Of a DNA stretch of 64,000 nt, positions 39,732 to 52,815 are shown piece after piece. Every line of letters starts with the position of its first letter. Position 1 is the stretch's first letter. The notes under the pieces are model-generated. The model was given only the letters and a program-made list of their open reading frames with translations. It was not told the origin of the DNA and ran no database searches. This stretch comes from Octopus vulgaris (lineage: Eukaryota): the NCBI GenBank assembly GCA_951406725.2, contig OX597818.1, forward strand, positions 133,548,001-133,612,000. Direction: 5' to 3'. The position numbers and the translations under genes were made by a program.

Positions 39732-40072
39732 AGCTTATATTTGCTGCTAAGTTGGTGCGATTACGGTGGTTTCGAAAATTTAGGGTATATATTCCCGAGG
39801 CATAAATGCTGCTGCCTCGTGTATATATATTCCTCCAGGCTTCTTTACCGATGAGACGGGCCTTTGGTAGATTGACTTGATTAAATTAAATTTAATTTAA
39901 TTAGGCTGGTTTGCCATAAAGATCATCGAAACAATGCATTGTCTAAAGATAAATAGGGCAAATGTTTTTTAATTTTCCTTTAATTTCTGAATTACTACTA
40001 TTTAGCGGTTTGAGTCTTGGCTGCTCTTTCTAGTGGGTTGAATGGCCTTTCGAGGCCATTCCTCAATGTTGC
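39732..40072 (+). mobile_element. 341-bp non-coding, structured insertion with a hammerhead and 13-bp TSD (retrozyme-like)
   Basis: TSD taaattagtatat at 39719-39731 and 40073-40085; several hairpins; hammerhead at 39842-39949. Confidence 0.65.
39842..39949 (+). ncRNA. Type I hammerhead ribozyme candidate with extended stem II; predicted cleavage after GUC at 39943
   Basis: TCTTTA | CCGATGA | G..73-nt hairpin..C | GAAA | CAATGCATTG | T C | TAAAGA. Confidence 0.7.
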
Positions 40073-40860
40073 TAAATTAGTATATGTATATATATTTAAT
40101 GATATTTATGACACTAGAGCTGCTTTAACTTCATATGTAAAGTTTCCTGAGGTATGCAGTTTCCGGGCATACCAGCTCATGATTTTACAAGCCAAAAGCA
40201 TGTAAGTTGTGGACTGGCCAGGTGATTAACCTTCAACCCAAGCAGGTGTGTGATGATGACAAACCACAAAAACGGCAAGACATCAATGTCCATCTCTCTC
40301 AAATGGGATTGGGGGGTGAGTTATCTCACCTGTCCATGACTCTGAAGTGTTTTAACACCAGCAGCATGAAAGTTTTATACTCCACTACACCATTGCAACC
40401 ACTGGAAAATTCACAAAGCATATACATCAGCACGTGTATTTAATAATATTTATTACACTAGAACTGCTTTTACTTCAGATGTGAATATGTATGTGTGTGT
40501 GTATGTGTTTGTGTGTGTGTGTGTGTGTGTATGTACACCAATATTTTACACATACATGTACACTTGAACATGGGAAGACCTTTTCCTGAGAAAATAGCTT
40601 CGGGAGAAATCTCTCCTCTTAGATGATGTGTGAAAAGACATTGGATTGTGGAATGCATGCATTTCTGCCTTATTATAAGTCATCAGCTATAGAAACCAAA
40701 TTCATTTATAGGCATATCAGATTGATAATTGATATATATATTTTCATGTGACAAGTGGATTTACCCCATGACTTTAGAAAAACATCTTAAGTAGTGGGCC
40801 AAACTGACAATTCTCTAATTGGACCTCATCACTTCCTAGCACTGGACCTGTGTATAATAT

Positions 40861-41068
40861 AGTAAAGTCAAAAAAAGAGTACAGTGAACGTGCTGTGGTG
40901 AGTGGAAAAACTAAAGTGCGGTCAGTTTTTCTAACTTAAAGATTGTAAATCTCTGTTGTGTCTAATTTCTTGCCTTCCAACTTTTTCCTGAAGAATGTCT
41001 GTGTCTGAAACGTTAGATTTTCCACTCCCCATAGCAAGTTACCTGTACTCTTTTTAATTAACTTTACT
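40861..41068. repeat. Diverged inverted repeat (about 55-bp arms) with a degenerate hammerhead core at 40988-41014
   Basis: agtaaagt..aaaaagagtacag...gagtggaaaa.ctaa is mirrored; CTGAAGA-12 nt-GAAACGTT. Confidence 0.55.
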
Positions 41069-41280
41069 AAATATTACAAGTTTCACTGATGCAGACCAAT
41101 ATCAGTCTCTTTGGTGTCTGTTTGATTACATATAACATATATGTATATATATAGATAAACCTTACTTGGAAGAGGATGCATGGCATTCAATCATATAATA
41201 ATATAAATAATATATACACACACACACATATATATATATATGCATATATGCATACGTATATGTACATACTTACATCTATA

Positions 41281-41309
<29 letters not shown>

Positions 41310-41322
<13 letters not shown>

Positions 41323-42232
41323 TATATGGGCACAGGACATCATGAAACATGTTTAACAAAAAATACAAAGTATGAGTACATGGAATATGAACAATTTTTC
41401 AAACAACAAAAGACACAAATGGAAAACAAGACAAACAACATACAACGACCCTTAATCAGTTTTTGGCTGTTTTTCTATTCTCATATTTTGAGCATTTAAC
41501 AACAATATATGCTTTCGATAAAACAGTTGCTCCCGCAAAGCAAATTAAATCAAAGTTGGGATTTTGTGGAGGGTCAAAATTGTACAGGAAGTGCTGCTAA
41601 GCCTAAATAAGGTTGTGGTGGCGAATGCGTAAGTTTTATCTTAATAATTCTGATGCGCACTCTATACGATCTTTTTACTCTTCCATTTTTCTCTCTTATT
41701 CTTTTACCTCCTCTTCTCCCACTATTCTATTCAATTACTCTCTCACTCTCTCTCCCTCACTCCTCCTCCCTTGCTCGCGTGGCTTCCCACATTACCATCA
41801 ACCATCTTTCTTTCTTCTCCTAACTTGTGTTTCTTTCTCTCCGTTGTAGCTGGAACAAGGAAGACGTGTTCTTGTCTGTCTCCTGTCCAAGCTTGATTTA
41901 CACATTCACCACCACAACCTCGTTTAGGCTTAGCAGCCCTTCCTGTTTGTTTTCACTGTCCTGTTTGTGTTACCAATTTTGACCCTCTGCAAAATCCCAA
42001 ATTTTATTTAATTCACTTTGCGGGAGCAACAGTTTTATTGAAAGCATATATTGTTGTTAAATGCTCAAAATATGAGAATAGAAAAACAGCCAAAAACTGA
42101 TTAAGGGTCGTTGTATGTTGTTTGTCTTGTTTTCCATTTGTGTCTTTTGTTAAAAACAATTGTTCACATTCCATGTACTCGTACTTCGTATTTTTTTGTT
42201 GTACACATTTCGTGACATCCTATGCCCACATA

Positions 42233-42240
<8 letters not shown>
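41310..42240. repeat. Inverted repeat with arms of about 320-345 bp and a pyrimidine-rich spacer
   Basis: aaaagacacaaatggaaaacaagacaaacaacatacaacgacccttaatcagtttttggctgtttttctattctcatattttgagcatttaacaacaatatatgctttc is mirrored at about 42040-42150. Confidence 0.85.
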
Positions 42241-42289
<49 letters not shown>

Positions 42290-44424
42290 TTCATATTATA
42301 TATATATCATCGCCACACAAAGTTGTTATTGTGCATTTCATGCAAAGAAAAAGTATCTTTAAAATATTATAATTATAACATGCAATGCGATATATCTACA
42401 ATGCAAAAAACCCATTTTAATCCCCAATCAAGAAAGCAATAAAGATTTTAAATTTTCTTAATCTGCACATGCAAAGAGTCCAAGCAATATGATTCTAACA
42501 TTATAAATTTTAAATGAACTCCCTACTACATTCTGCCCAAGAAATACTCCTTGAAATCTTTGTTCTTAGTATTATTTCTATTTTTATTTTATTATTTTCT
42601 TTTTTTTTTTTGTTTCAAATGAAAATTTATAATTTCCTTCTTTCAAATGATAGGAATTAAACTGCTTTTTAAAGATTTATTGAGTCCTTGTTTTTGTTTT
42701 TTATAATACTCCATACCCCCCTTCAGTTTGAAATGCTATTCTTTTCAATTATTTATTTATCATTTGTTGTATTTTGTCAATGTAGTTTTTATTGTTATTT
42801 TTTTTTCAGTATAGAAATGGAATAAGTGATAAAACCTGTCTAGTGCATTTTCTTTTCTTTTTGCTTTCTTTACATTCTTTTTAGGGGATGTAGGAGAGAG
42901 AAAGTCTGTTAAATCAGGGATTTGATGAGTGTTCAGAGATGGTAACCAAACTTTTATTCCACTTCTGAATTAGTTTGTTACAAAAAGAGATAATGCTAAC
43001 CCCTTCACTCTTTCTTCCCCACTCCTCTCTCTCTCTCTCTCTCTTTCACCCTTTCTTTCTCATTCTTTCACACATATACACACATATAGACACATGCATG
43101 CATAAATAATCTAAAGCCTTATTCTCAAGTATTCCATTTGAATACCAATAGCTACTATGTTACATGACAAAAAATACTTACACTAATACTAATTATAATA
43201 GGTTTTTTTTACATTAGCATAAATGTCATAAATTTATAATGGAAGGGTTTATTTGGTTAAACCAACACTAATATATTACTGGTACTTATTTCATCATTGG
43301 TTGGATGGGTTTGCTATACAACTTATTATCTTTGTCATGAGTCTTTGTCAGTTTTCTGAGACTCAGTATCCTCCCTTATTTCCATGTCTTCTTTGGTCTT
43401 CCTCTGCCACTAACACATCTACCATTAACATGTCACTTTATTACCCAGAATTCTCCATCTATTTACATCAGATGTCCATACCAGTGCAGTTGTCTTCTCA
43501 CATACATTAACCATTAACTATAATACCCAGAAAGCTTACTTAGGCTCAGCACTTTTCATGCAAGTTAACATTACACAATCAAAGAAACATTTCTATTTAG
43601 TTTTTTGGCAGATTTTCTACATACTTATTTATCACTAGTATGTAGCTTCACACACTTGGCACAGGCAGCATACTGTCTTATTTTGAGAGAAAAAGAGAGG
43701 GAGGGAGGGAGAGAGAAATTACAGCAATAGCTGTCCAAATTTATTTTAGCAGACATAGTGTAATAGGACTACATTATCCACTGCGTACTTCCTTTCTTAA
43801 GTGTATAGATTTGACTTAAGAGAAATTTGGCTGCTATTAGGAATAATTCAATAAGACATGTCTCCCTTTCACCTACTACTCATAGTGCTTTCTCACCCAA
43901 TAAGTCACTAAGATTCTGGAAATTTTAAAAAGTACAACCCTTCAAACCTTGCTAATTAAGGGCTGCAATTTAAAAAAGAGAGGTAAAGTTAACTGAGTCA
44001 ACCTCAGTTCATGAATCAAACATTCATGATTCAAAATTGACCCCAGTTCAATAAATGACAATGTAGTTTTTAGCATTAGTCAAATTCTGGATATAATTAT
44101 TTTTAGAGTGGTGGGCAACTGAAAATGGTGGAATGTAGCATATAAGCATTAATAATGCTTGCTCCAAGTCACCTCCAAACCAGAAGATCTATGAACTAAG
44201 ACATTTCGTCCATAACTATCTTACCTTTTTCTAAATCAAGAACTACATTGTCCAATATATTCTTTTACGGAAAACAGTATGGGATTTGATGGAGTTCTAT
44301 CTATTATTTCTATCTTATCAAGCAACTGTGTAGGATATTCCATAGTGAATCGTGCAAAATCAGTAAATAAGAACAATATGTAGGGCATGAGACAAAACAT
44401 CTTGCAGCATTTAGTCATTTCACT

Positions 44425-44625
44425 ATACTCTTTTACTCTTTTTACTGGTTTCAGTCATTTGACTGCGGCCATGCTGGAGCACCACCTTTAGTCGAGCAAA
44501 TCGACCCCGGGACTTATTCTTTGTAAGCCCAGTACTTATTCTATCGGTCTCTTTTGCCGAACCACTAAGTAACGGGGACGTAAACACATGAGCATCGGTT
44601 GTCAAGCACAGAAACACAAACATAT

Positions 44626-44658
<33 letters not shown>

Positions 44659-44900
44659 AACAGCATCGGTTGTCAAGAATGTGGGGGGGGATAAACACAA
44701 CACACAAACATACACATATATATATATACATATATACGACAGGCTTCTTTCAGTTTCCGTCTACCAAATCCACTCACAAGGCATTGGTCAGCCCGGGGCT
44801 ATAGCAGAAGACACTTGCCCAAAGTGCCACGCAGTGGGACTGAACCCGGAACCATGTGGTTGGTTAGCAAGCTACTTACCACACAGCCACTCCTGCGCCT
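44425..44900 (-). mobile_element. SINE family B with internal duplication
   Basis: Reverse complement of family B; gcatcggttgtcaag occurs twice. Confidence 0.85.
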
Positions 44901-46913
44901 ATGTTTATTTGTATTGAATTTTATGGAATAATACTTTTAGTGACTACAAACTGTCACAGAAGGGAAAATAACAAATTCAACTGAAGACAGCTGTTATTTT
45001 ATTAACTGTATAACTATGGTGCCTATAAAATTGATATTCTATTTTATAAAGTTAAAATCCCCATCATTCACTCATCTGACACACATGATTATTCTCAGGA
45101 GATTTACATAGCCAGCCTAATAAGCAAAAGACTAGCAGATTGTATTGTATGTGGCTTCAAGAGAATTTTGTGCTGATGTCTAAAACAGCCAAATCACATG
45201 GAGCCAAATGCAGATTTCTGGGAAATTTCAACTGGGAAATTGTTTCATTGATTTTTACAGTGCATACCTTAAACCCTGCCATATACAGCTTAAAGAGGTT
45301 TTCAGCTTTATATTAATAAGACTAATAAACCATTTATATTAATAAGACTAATAAACCATCTGATCAAGGAGATTGAAGCAATACTATGAATGCTATTTAC
45401 AGAAAAATGAATACAGATTATTTTTTCTTTTGTTAAAGAATCCCCTATACCCTTTCTTAGGGAAAGGGTATAGGGGATTAAATCAACGAGGCTGTGAGAT
45501 TAAGATGATGGACTGCTGACCACAAGACTATAAGTTTAAATCCATGTACTGTTGTGATTCTGCCTACTTCAGCTGGAATGCACATAAAGAAAAATCAGAC
45601 TTTATTTTAACTTCAGAACTGAGATTTTTTTTTTTTGCAGTATTTTTCTTAATCAGAAACGGAAAGGCAACACCTATGACCTTTTTACATGGCCTCTGAA
45701 AGTCATGCAGAAGGGAAGGAATTATCCTCAGACTGAAGACCAGCTTTCGATGTTTGCAACATAAAAATGTCTCTGAAAGCATCCAAGGGCTAGCAGGCAG
45801 GCAATGGATTATCTCTATTACCTTTGAGCAAGACTGTAACCTCCGATGGGTTTCCATATATTTACCATCATCAAATTTCACTCACAAGGTTTTGGTCAAC
45901 CTAAAGTTAAGATAGAAGAAACTTGCCTAAGTAAGTGAACAGTGGATTGAACCCCAAAATTAAGTAATTGTGAAGTGAACCATTTAACCATACAGCCATG
46001 CCTGCACATATTGCAAGAAAGGTATTCAACTGTAGGAAAAACGTTTTCCATAAAATGAATCCAGCAGATGTAAGCAGAAGAAAACAGATCAAGAAAAAAT
46101 TCTAAAACACAAAAAGAAAAGAAATCTATCTCATTATATGACTGGTACATATTTCATCAATATCAGAAATGTAAAAACCAATGTTGAACAAAATAGGAAT
46201 AAAAACATTTTGCTTTGTTTTTGTTGGTCAAGAGGCAAGTCAGTATCCATAACTTTTTACAAGAACTTCAAGGCAGGTGAAAAGGAGAAAAAAAGACTTC
46301 TGAAACCAGTGACCTAGCTCAAATACTTACATTTGTTAGATTCTGCTAAAGGCACCCAAGATTCTGGATGATGGTGTTAAACAAGAAATGGATTAAACCT
46401 ACAACCTAAGCAGGCTACGCAAAGAGCCAGAACAAGTATTGCAAGGCATCTGATCTGATATTGTTCCTGTTCATTCAGTTCAGTACCTTGCATTGGTACT
46501 TTTTTAATCAACCCCGAAAGAATGAAAGGCAAAATAAATATGGGTAGGATTTGAACCCAGAGCACAGTGAATCAGAACAAATACTGTAAGCCATTTGTCT
46601 AATGCTCTAGTGATTCCACCACTTCGGCAGCTAGTATAAAGAGATGTATCTAAATACTGAAAAGTATTTTGTCTGCCACTAAAATATTCCAGCCAGTCAA
46701 CTAAATACATATTGACTGGTTGAAAATATATTGATTTTTTTTTTTCTTATATTGGCACAGAAGAACAAATATGTAGGTGAAGGATACAGTTGATAGAACT
46801 GACTCCCAATAGCAAAATTGTTCATCATTACCATTACTTACCATTCAAGTACTGGAGTGGATGATGGTATTAACTAACAGCCCTACCCTCAAATTTGCAA
46901 CCCTTGTACATAA

Positions 46914-46914
<1 letters not shown>

Positions 46915-46969
<55 letters not shown>

Positions 46970-47034
46970 CATTATTATTATTATTATCATTATTATTATT
47001 ATTATTATTATTATCATTATTATTATTATTATTA

Positions 47035-47086
<52 letters not shown>

Positions 47087-47109
47087 CATTATTATTATTA
47101 TTATTATTA

Positions 47110-47180
<71 letters not shown>

Positions 47181-47203
47181 AATAATAATAATAATAATAA
47201 TAA
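46915..47203. repeat. (TTA/TCA)n microsatellite switching to (AAT)n
   Basis: Directly visible. Confidence 0.95.
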
Positions 47204-47786
47204 TTTCTGTTTTAAAATTTCCTTCAGTACTCTTATTTACAATATTTGAAAGGATTGATAAAGCATTAAGAAGAAACAGCAAAACAAAAAAAAAAAAAAA
47301 ATTAAAAACTCAAAGCCAAAAAGGAAAAAAAAAACCAAACAGAATAAGACAAAAATAAGAGGAAGAAGGTGACTATTTATTACAAAACCAATCAGATGGA
47401 TATCTTGATTATGAATGAGTCAATATCTTAACTGAACACACTCTCTGCATCCTTTCAAAATAGTAACTGAGAAACATTAATCAAACAATAACACTGTAGA
47501 CAGGAAACTATCTCCCAATGAACATTTTCTTAAAGATTATCATTTTTAGTTGCACTCATTTCAAAGCCAGGCAGGGAATAAAAACTCTCATGAACAATAA
47601 ATAAATATATAGATGTTATATAAAATAACAAACTATGTAAATAAAATATACTAGAATATAAATGTAAAAAAAAATAAATATGAAAATTCAATTTTGATTT
47701 TTGATATTCACATTCCTATATCAAGAGTAAAACAAATAAATAAAATAGATTAAGTTTGTAGATATGGACCAATGTATATAAAGCAT

Positions 47787-47817
<31 letters not shown>

Positions 47818-47864
47818 ATGAATTTAAATTAGCAATAATTTCAGGGCACAGACCATAATGGGTA

Positions 47865-48610
47865 TTATCATTATCAATTAACGTTCATTTTCCGTGCTGG
47901 CATGGGTCGGATGGTTTGACTGAGGTCTGGAGAGCCAGCAGCTGCACCAGGCTCCAATCTGACCTGGTAAAGTTTCTACAGTTTGAAGCCCTTCCTAATG
48001 CCAACCACTTCAAGAGTGTAGAGGGTGCTTTTTACGTGCCAACGGCACAGGAACCAGTCAGACGGGTTCTGGCAGCGAATACATTTGGATGGTGCTTTTT
48101 ACATGCCACCGGCACAGGAGCCAGTCAGGTGAGTTCAGGCAGTGAATACATTTGGATGGTACCTTTTATGTGCCACCAGCACAGGAGCCAGTCAAGTGGA
48201 CCTGGCATTGACCACATTAGGATGGTACCATTTACGTGCCACTGGCATGGGAGCCAGTCAGGGGGCACTGGCCCCAGTTACGATATTGGTTTTACTTGAC
48301 TCAACAGGTCTTCTCAAGCATATCATATCACCTGATGTATCAGGGGTATTCGTAACAGGGCTGGACATGTGTGGCTACGATCTCACTTTAGTTGCTGGCT
48401 CTTCTCAATCACAGCATATCTCCAAAGATCCCAGTCTCTTCTCATTGCCTCTATGAAACCCAATCTTTGAAGGTCATGCTTCACCACCTCATCCCATGTC
48501 TTCCTGGGTCCACCTCTTCCACAGGTTCCTTCTACAGTTAGAGAGTGGCACTTCTTCACACAGCTGTCTTCATTCATATATTACACATGGCCATACCAGT
48601 GCAGTCACCT
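47865..48610 (-). mobile_element. RTE-clade LINE 3' end: ORF C-terminus plus repeat-containing 3' UTR
   Basis: WYGHV..MNEDSCVKKCHSLTVEGTCGRGGPRKTWDEVVKHDL...AM..D..LWR, followed by the tail family seen across the window. Confidence 0.85.
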
Positions 48611-49232
48611 TTCTATTTAATTATATATGTGCATGTGTGAATGATGTATGTGTCTGTTTACTGCTGTTGTCATCTTACACCCATTTCCATGCTGGCTTGG
48701 GTTTGATTTGTTGTCACAATTCATGTCACTTTCTATTTGAGGTTACTGCCTACCTGCATATCTTATCTCATTCATACATTTTAAATTGGCATAGTTTCTA
48801 CAGCTTGTTGCCCTTCCTGACAGCAAAACATGGTACCGAAACAAAAGAGATCATGTCTTTGACAAGAGAAGAGTAAAACAACCCCTGGAACCCCGCGATA
48901 TCTTTGCCCCTTTGCCAACCAATAAAAATTATAAAAATTGTCCTTAGATAACATTTTGCAGAACATAAATTACATATTACCATTTCAAACACACTGACCT
49001 GAAAAAAAGCGTAAAATGTAAAAGTTACAGAAATTAGTAGTAATAAAGCTGGTGACAGGTGAGAAAATTATCCATAACTCCTCACCAACAGTATATTACT
49101 AAGTTTTATCAATATAGTCTTAGTCTCAATCTATTTAACTGAAAACCTTTCTTTACAAAATTTCATTTAAAAAATACGTGTATCTTTCAGAAACTTATAA
49201 GAATGAAAAAGGTGATGAGACATCAAAGTCTC

Positions 49233-49278
<46 letters not shown>

Positions 49279-49281
<3 letters not shown>

Positions 49282-49673
49282 TTATATATAAAAGTCAAGT
49301 TGTGTGTCTGTCTCCTACGATGTAGATTCCTAACTACTCCCACATTTTGCGGTGCAGTGTAACCAAAAGCGAGTATCTTATAGTCGTGATGCATATCGAG
49401 CCCTTCTGGTATTAGCGCACGTCTACGATGAGTCTACGATTTAAAAAATAATTTACCATTATTTTTTTCCATTTTAATGCATTTTTTCGCTATTATATAA
49501 GGGAAGTAACTCTCTAAAAATGACTACGATGAGTCAACGATTTAAAAAAAAAATTACCATAATTTTTTTCCATTTTTAATGCATTTTTTTGCTATTTTTT
49601 GGCTATAACTCTCAAAAAATGCTTATATAGTTATTTCCCTTACAAACCCGAGCAACGCCAGGCGATACTGCTA

Positions 49674-49674
<1 letters not shown>
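49279..49674 (+). mobile_element. Non-autonomous Helitron
   Basis: A|TC tttatatataaaag 5' end; subterminal hairpin cccgagcaacgccagg; CTAG|T 3' end; inserted in (TA)n. Confidence 0.75.
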
Positions 49675-49708
<34 letters not shown>

Positions 49709-49712
<4 letters not shown>

Positions 49713-50118
49713 GCTGTGTGGTAAGTAGCTTGCTAACCGACTACATGGTTCCGGGTTCAGTCCCACTGCGTGGCATCTTGGGCAAGTGTCTTCTGCTATA
49801 ACTCCGGGCCGATAAATGCCTTGTGAGTGGATTTGGTAGACGGAAACTGAAAGAAGCCTGTCGTATATATGTATGTATATATATATATGTATGTGTGTGT
49901 GTGTTTGTGTTTGTGCCCCTAGAATTGCTTGACAACAGATGCTGGTGTGTTTACGTCCCCGTCACTTAGTGGTTCGGCAAAAGAGACCAATAGAATAAGT
50001 ACTGGGCTTACAAAGAATAAGTCCCAGGGTCGATTTGCTCGACTAAAAAAAGGCGGTGCTCCAGCATGGCCGCAGTCAAATGACTGAAACAAGTAAAAGA
50101 GTAAAAGAGTAAAAGAGT
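49709..50118 (+). mobile_element. SINE family B
   Basis: Family B with three AAAAGAGT tail units. Confidence 0.85.
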
Positions 50119-50494
50119 ATAACAAAAGCACAAATAAAGGCTACAAACCTCATTCAGGGATAGCAAAATCCTATGAAAGTACTGGTCAGTTACCACATTA
50201 CAGTTAACACTCAACTGCAAGGTAACTATATAAACCATGGTTTATATATATATTTATTTATTTATCATAATAAGATGAGGATGAGAAAATAGAGAAGTTA
50301 TTAATAAATTATTATTCATTAATAAAAAAATTAACAAACAACCCTTACAGCTGTTTCAATTCAGAAAATTAATTAATTAAATTTAAAATTATTTGAAAGT
50401 TGAATCTCAAGATATACAAAATAGGGGTTCAATTCTTGTATATTGAGTAAACAGCTACAAACAATTAATGGTTTCAGAAATATATATGTGCATA

Positions 50495-50709
50495 TACTCT
50501 CTTTTACTTGTTTCAGTCATTTGACTGCAGCCATGCTGGAGCACCGCCTGTAATCAAGCAACTCAACCCCGGGACTTATTCTTTTGTAAGCCCAGTACTT
50601 ATTCTATCGGTCTCTTTTGCTGAACCGCTAAGTAACGGGGATATAAACACACCAGCATTGGTTGTCAAGCAATGCTAGGGGGACAAACACAGACATACAA
50701 ACACACACA

Positions 50710-50755
<46 letters not shown>

Positions 50756-50922
50756 TACGACGGGCTTCTTTTCAGTTTCCGTCTACCAAATCCACTCACA
50801 AGGCATTGGTCAGCCCGAGGCTATAGTAGAAGACACTTGCCCAAGGTGCCACGCAGTGGGACTGAACCCGGAAGCATGTGGTTGGTAAACAAGCTACTTA
50901 CCACACAGCCACTCCTGCACCT
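50495..50922 (-). mobile_element. SINE family B
   Basis: Reverse complement of family B. Confidence 0.85.
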
Positions 50923-51014
50923 ATACATATAGTGCATGTAACTTGGTATACACATTATGAAGAAGCAATACATTTTCTCTTCATTTCATAGTTTATCTTC
51001 AAAAAGTTAAATAT

Positions 51015-51406
51015 AGGCGCAGGAGTGGCTGTGTGGTAAGTAGCTTGTTTACCAACCACATGGTTCTGGGTTCAGTCCCACTGCATGGCACCTTGGGCAA
51101 GTGTTTTCTACTATACCCTCTGGCCGACCAAAGCCTTGTGAGTGGATTTGGTAGACGGAAACTGAAAGAAGCCCGTCGTATATATGTATATATGTATGCA
51201 TCTGTGTGTCTGTCCCCCTAGCATTGCTTGACAACCGATGCTGGTGTGCTTATGTCCCCGTTGCTTGGCGGTTCAGCAAAAGAGACCGATAGAATAAGTA
51301 CTGGGCTTACAAAAGAATAAGTCCCGGGGTCGAGTTGCTCGATTAAATGCGGTGCTCCAGCATGGCCGCAGTCAAATGACTGAAACAAGTAAAAGAGTAA
51401 AAGAGT
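51015..51406 (+). mobile_element. SINE family B inserted at the centre of a palindrome
   Basis: Full copy; flanks 50926-51013 and 51412-51499 are inverted repeats. Confidence 0.85.
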
Positions 51407-51874
51407 ATATGTATTTAACTTTTTGAAGATAAACTATGAAATGAAGAGAAAATGTATTGCTTCTCCATATTGTGTATACCAAGTTACATGCACTATATGC
51501 ATATGTATATATGCTGTTAATACTTTTTAAATTGTTTGTCTATCATACACCTCATTTCACACATGCATGAGTGTGTTTATCTGCCATAACTACTTCATCA
51601 GTTCCGTCTCCTCCTTGTCTTCTGTCCCTATGATTACTTTCTCTCACATTGGCTGTGTGCATAATGTTCTCTCACTCATTAACTGCCACTCATCCTGTAC
51701 CTCTTACTTTGACACTCTCTGTATCTCACTTTTACTTTCTCTCTCCAACTCTCTACATGATATAAGGCATGACTTAGCAAAGCAGTCAACCAGCAAACCA
51801 ACCAACATACCAGCTATTATCATATAAAGGTGTTGATTGTTATATTCTTATAAATATCTACATACATATATATA

Positions 51875-51910
<36 letters not shown>

Positions 51911-51912
<2 letters not shown>

Positions 51913-52320
51913 GCGCAGGAGTGGCTGTGTGGTAAGTAGCTTGCTAACCAGCCACGTGGTTCCGGGTTCAGTCCCACTGCGTGGCATCTTGGGCAAGTGT
52001 TTTCTGCTATAGCCCCGGGCCGACCAATGCCTTGTGAGTGGATTTGGTAGACAGAAACTGAAAGAAGCCTGTCGTATATATGCATATATATGTATGTGTG
52101 TGTGTTTGTGTGTCTGTGTTTGTCCCCCTAGCATTGCTTGACAACCAATGCTGGTGTGTTTACGTCCCCGTCACTTAGCGGTTCGGCAAAAGAGACCGAT
52201 AGAATAAGTACTGGGCTTACAAAGAATAAGTCCCGGGGTCGATTTGCTCGACTAAAGGCGGTGCTCCAGCATGGCCGCAGTCAAATGACTGAAACAAGTA
52301 AAAGATAAAAGATAAAAGAT
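51911..52320 (+). mobile_element. SINE family B
   Basis: Full copy. Confidence 0.85.
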
Positions 52321-52815
52321 ATATATATATATATGAGTGTATATATGTGTATATATAAATATGCATATATATGTAGATGTGTGTGTATGTATATATGTAT
52401 ACACAGGCATATAGATGTGTGTGTGTGTGTGTGTGTCTGTGTGTGTGTGTTTAGTTAAGATGCTTACTTTGCAACTACATGAGTTCCAAGGTGACTTCCA
52501 CTGCATAACACCTTAGCCAAGTGCCTTGTACTATAACCCCAATCCAACCAATGAATCACGAGTGAATCTGGGAGATGGAAACTGTGAAGCTCATCGTGTG
52601 TATGTGTGTGTTTGTGTGTGTGTACGACGCTGTGTCTGTGTTTATCCCCACCACCACCACCACTTGACAGCTGATATCGGTTTGTTTTACGTCCCACTAA
52701 CTTAGCAGCTTGGTAAAAGATATCAATATAATAAGTAACAAGCTTTAAAATAATACTGGATAAAGGATAAGATATAAAGGAATGAAGCACAAGTACCGTA
52801 AATATATAGAACAAA

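Larger units (their letters stand above)
39328..40448. mobile_element. Large foldback/MITE with diverged arms of about 365 bp; a younger insertion sits at its centre
   Basis: ctggtgttaaaacac..agagtcatggacagg...gccagtccacaa...cttgtaaaatcatg.gctggtatgcc is mirrored at 40077-40448. Confidence 0.8.

Noticed and set aside
44220-44418. Minus-strand donor-like site (AAAG|gtaaga) with a nearby 60-aa ORF
   Set aside because: In-frame stops close upstream, no good acceptor and no kinesin similarity.
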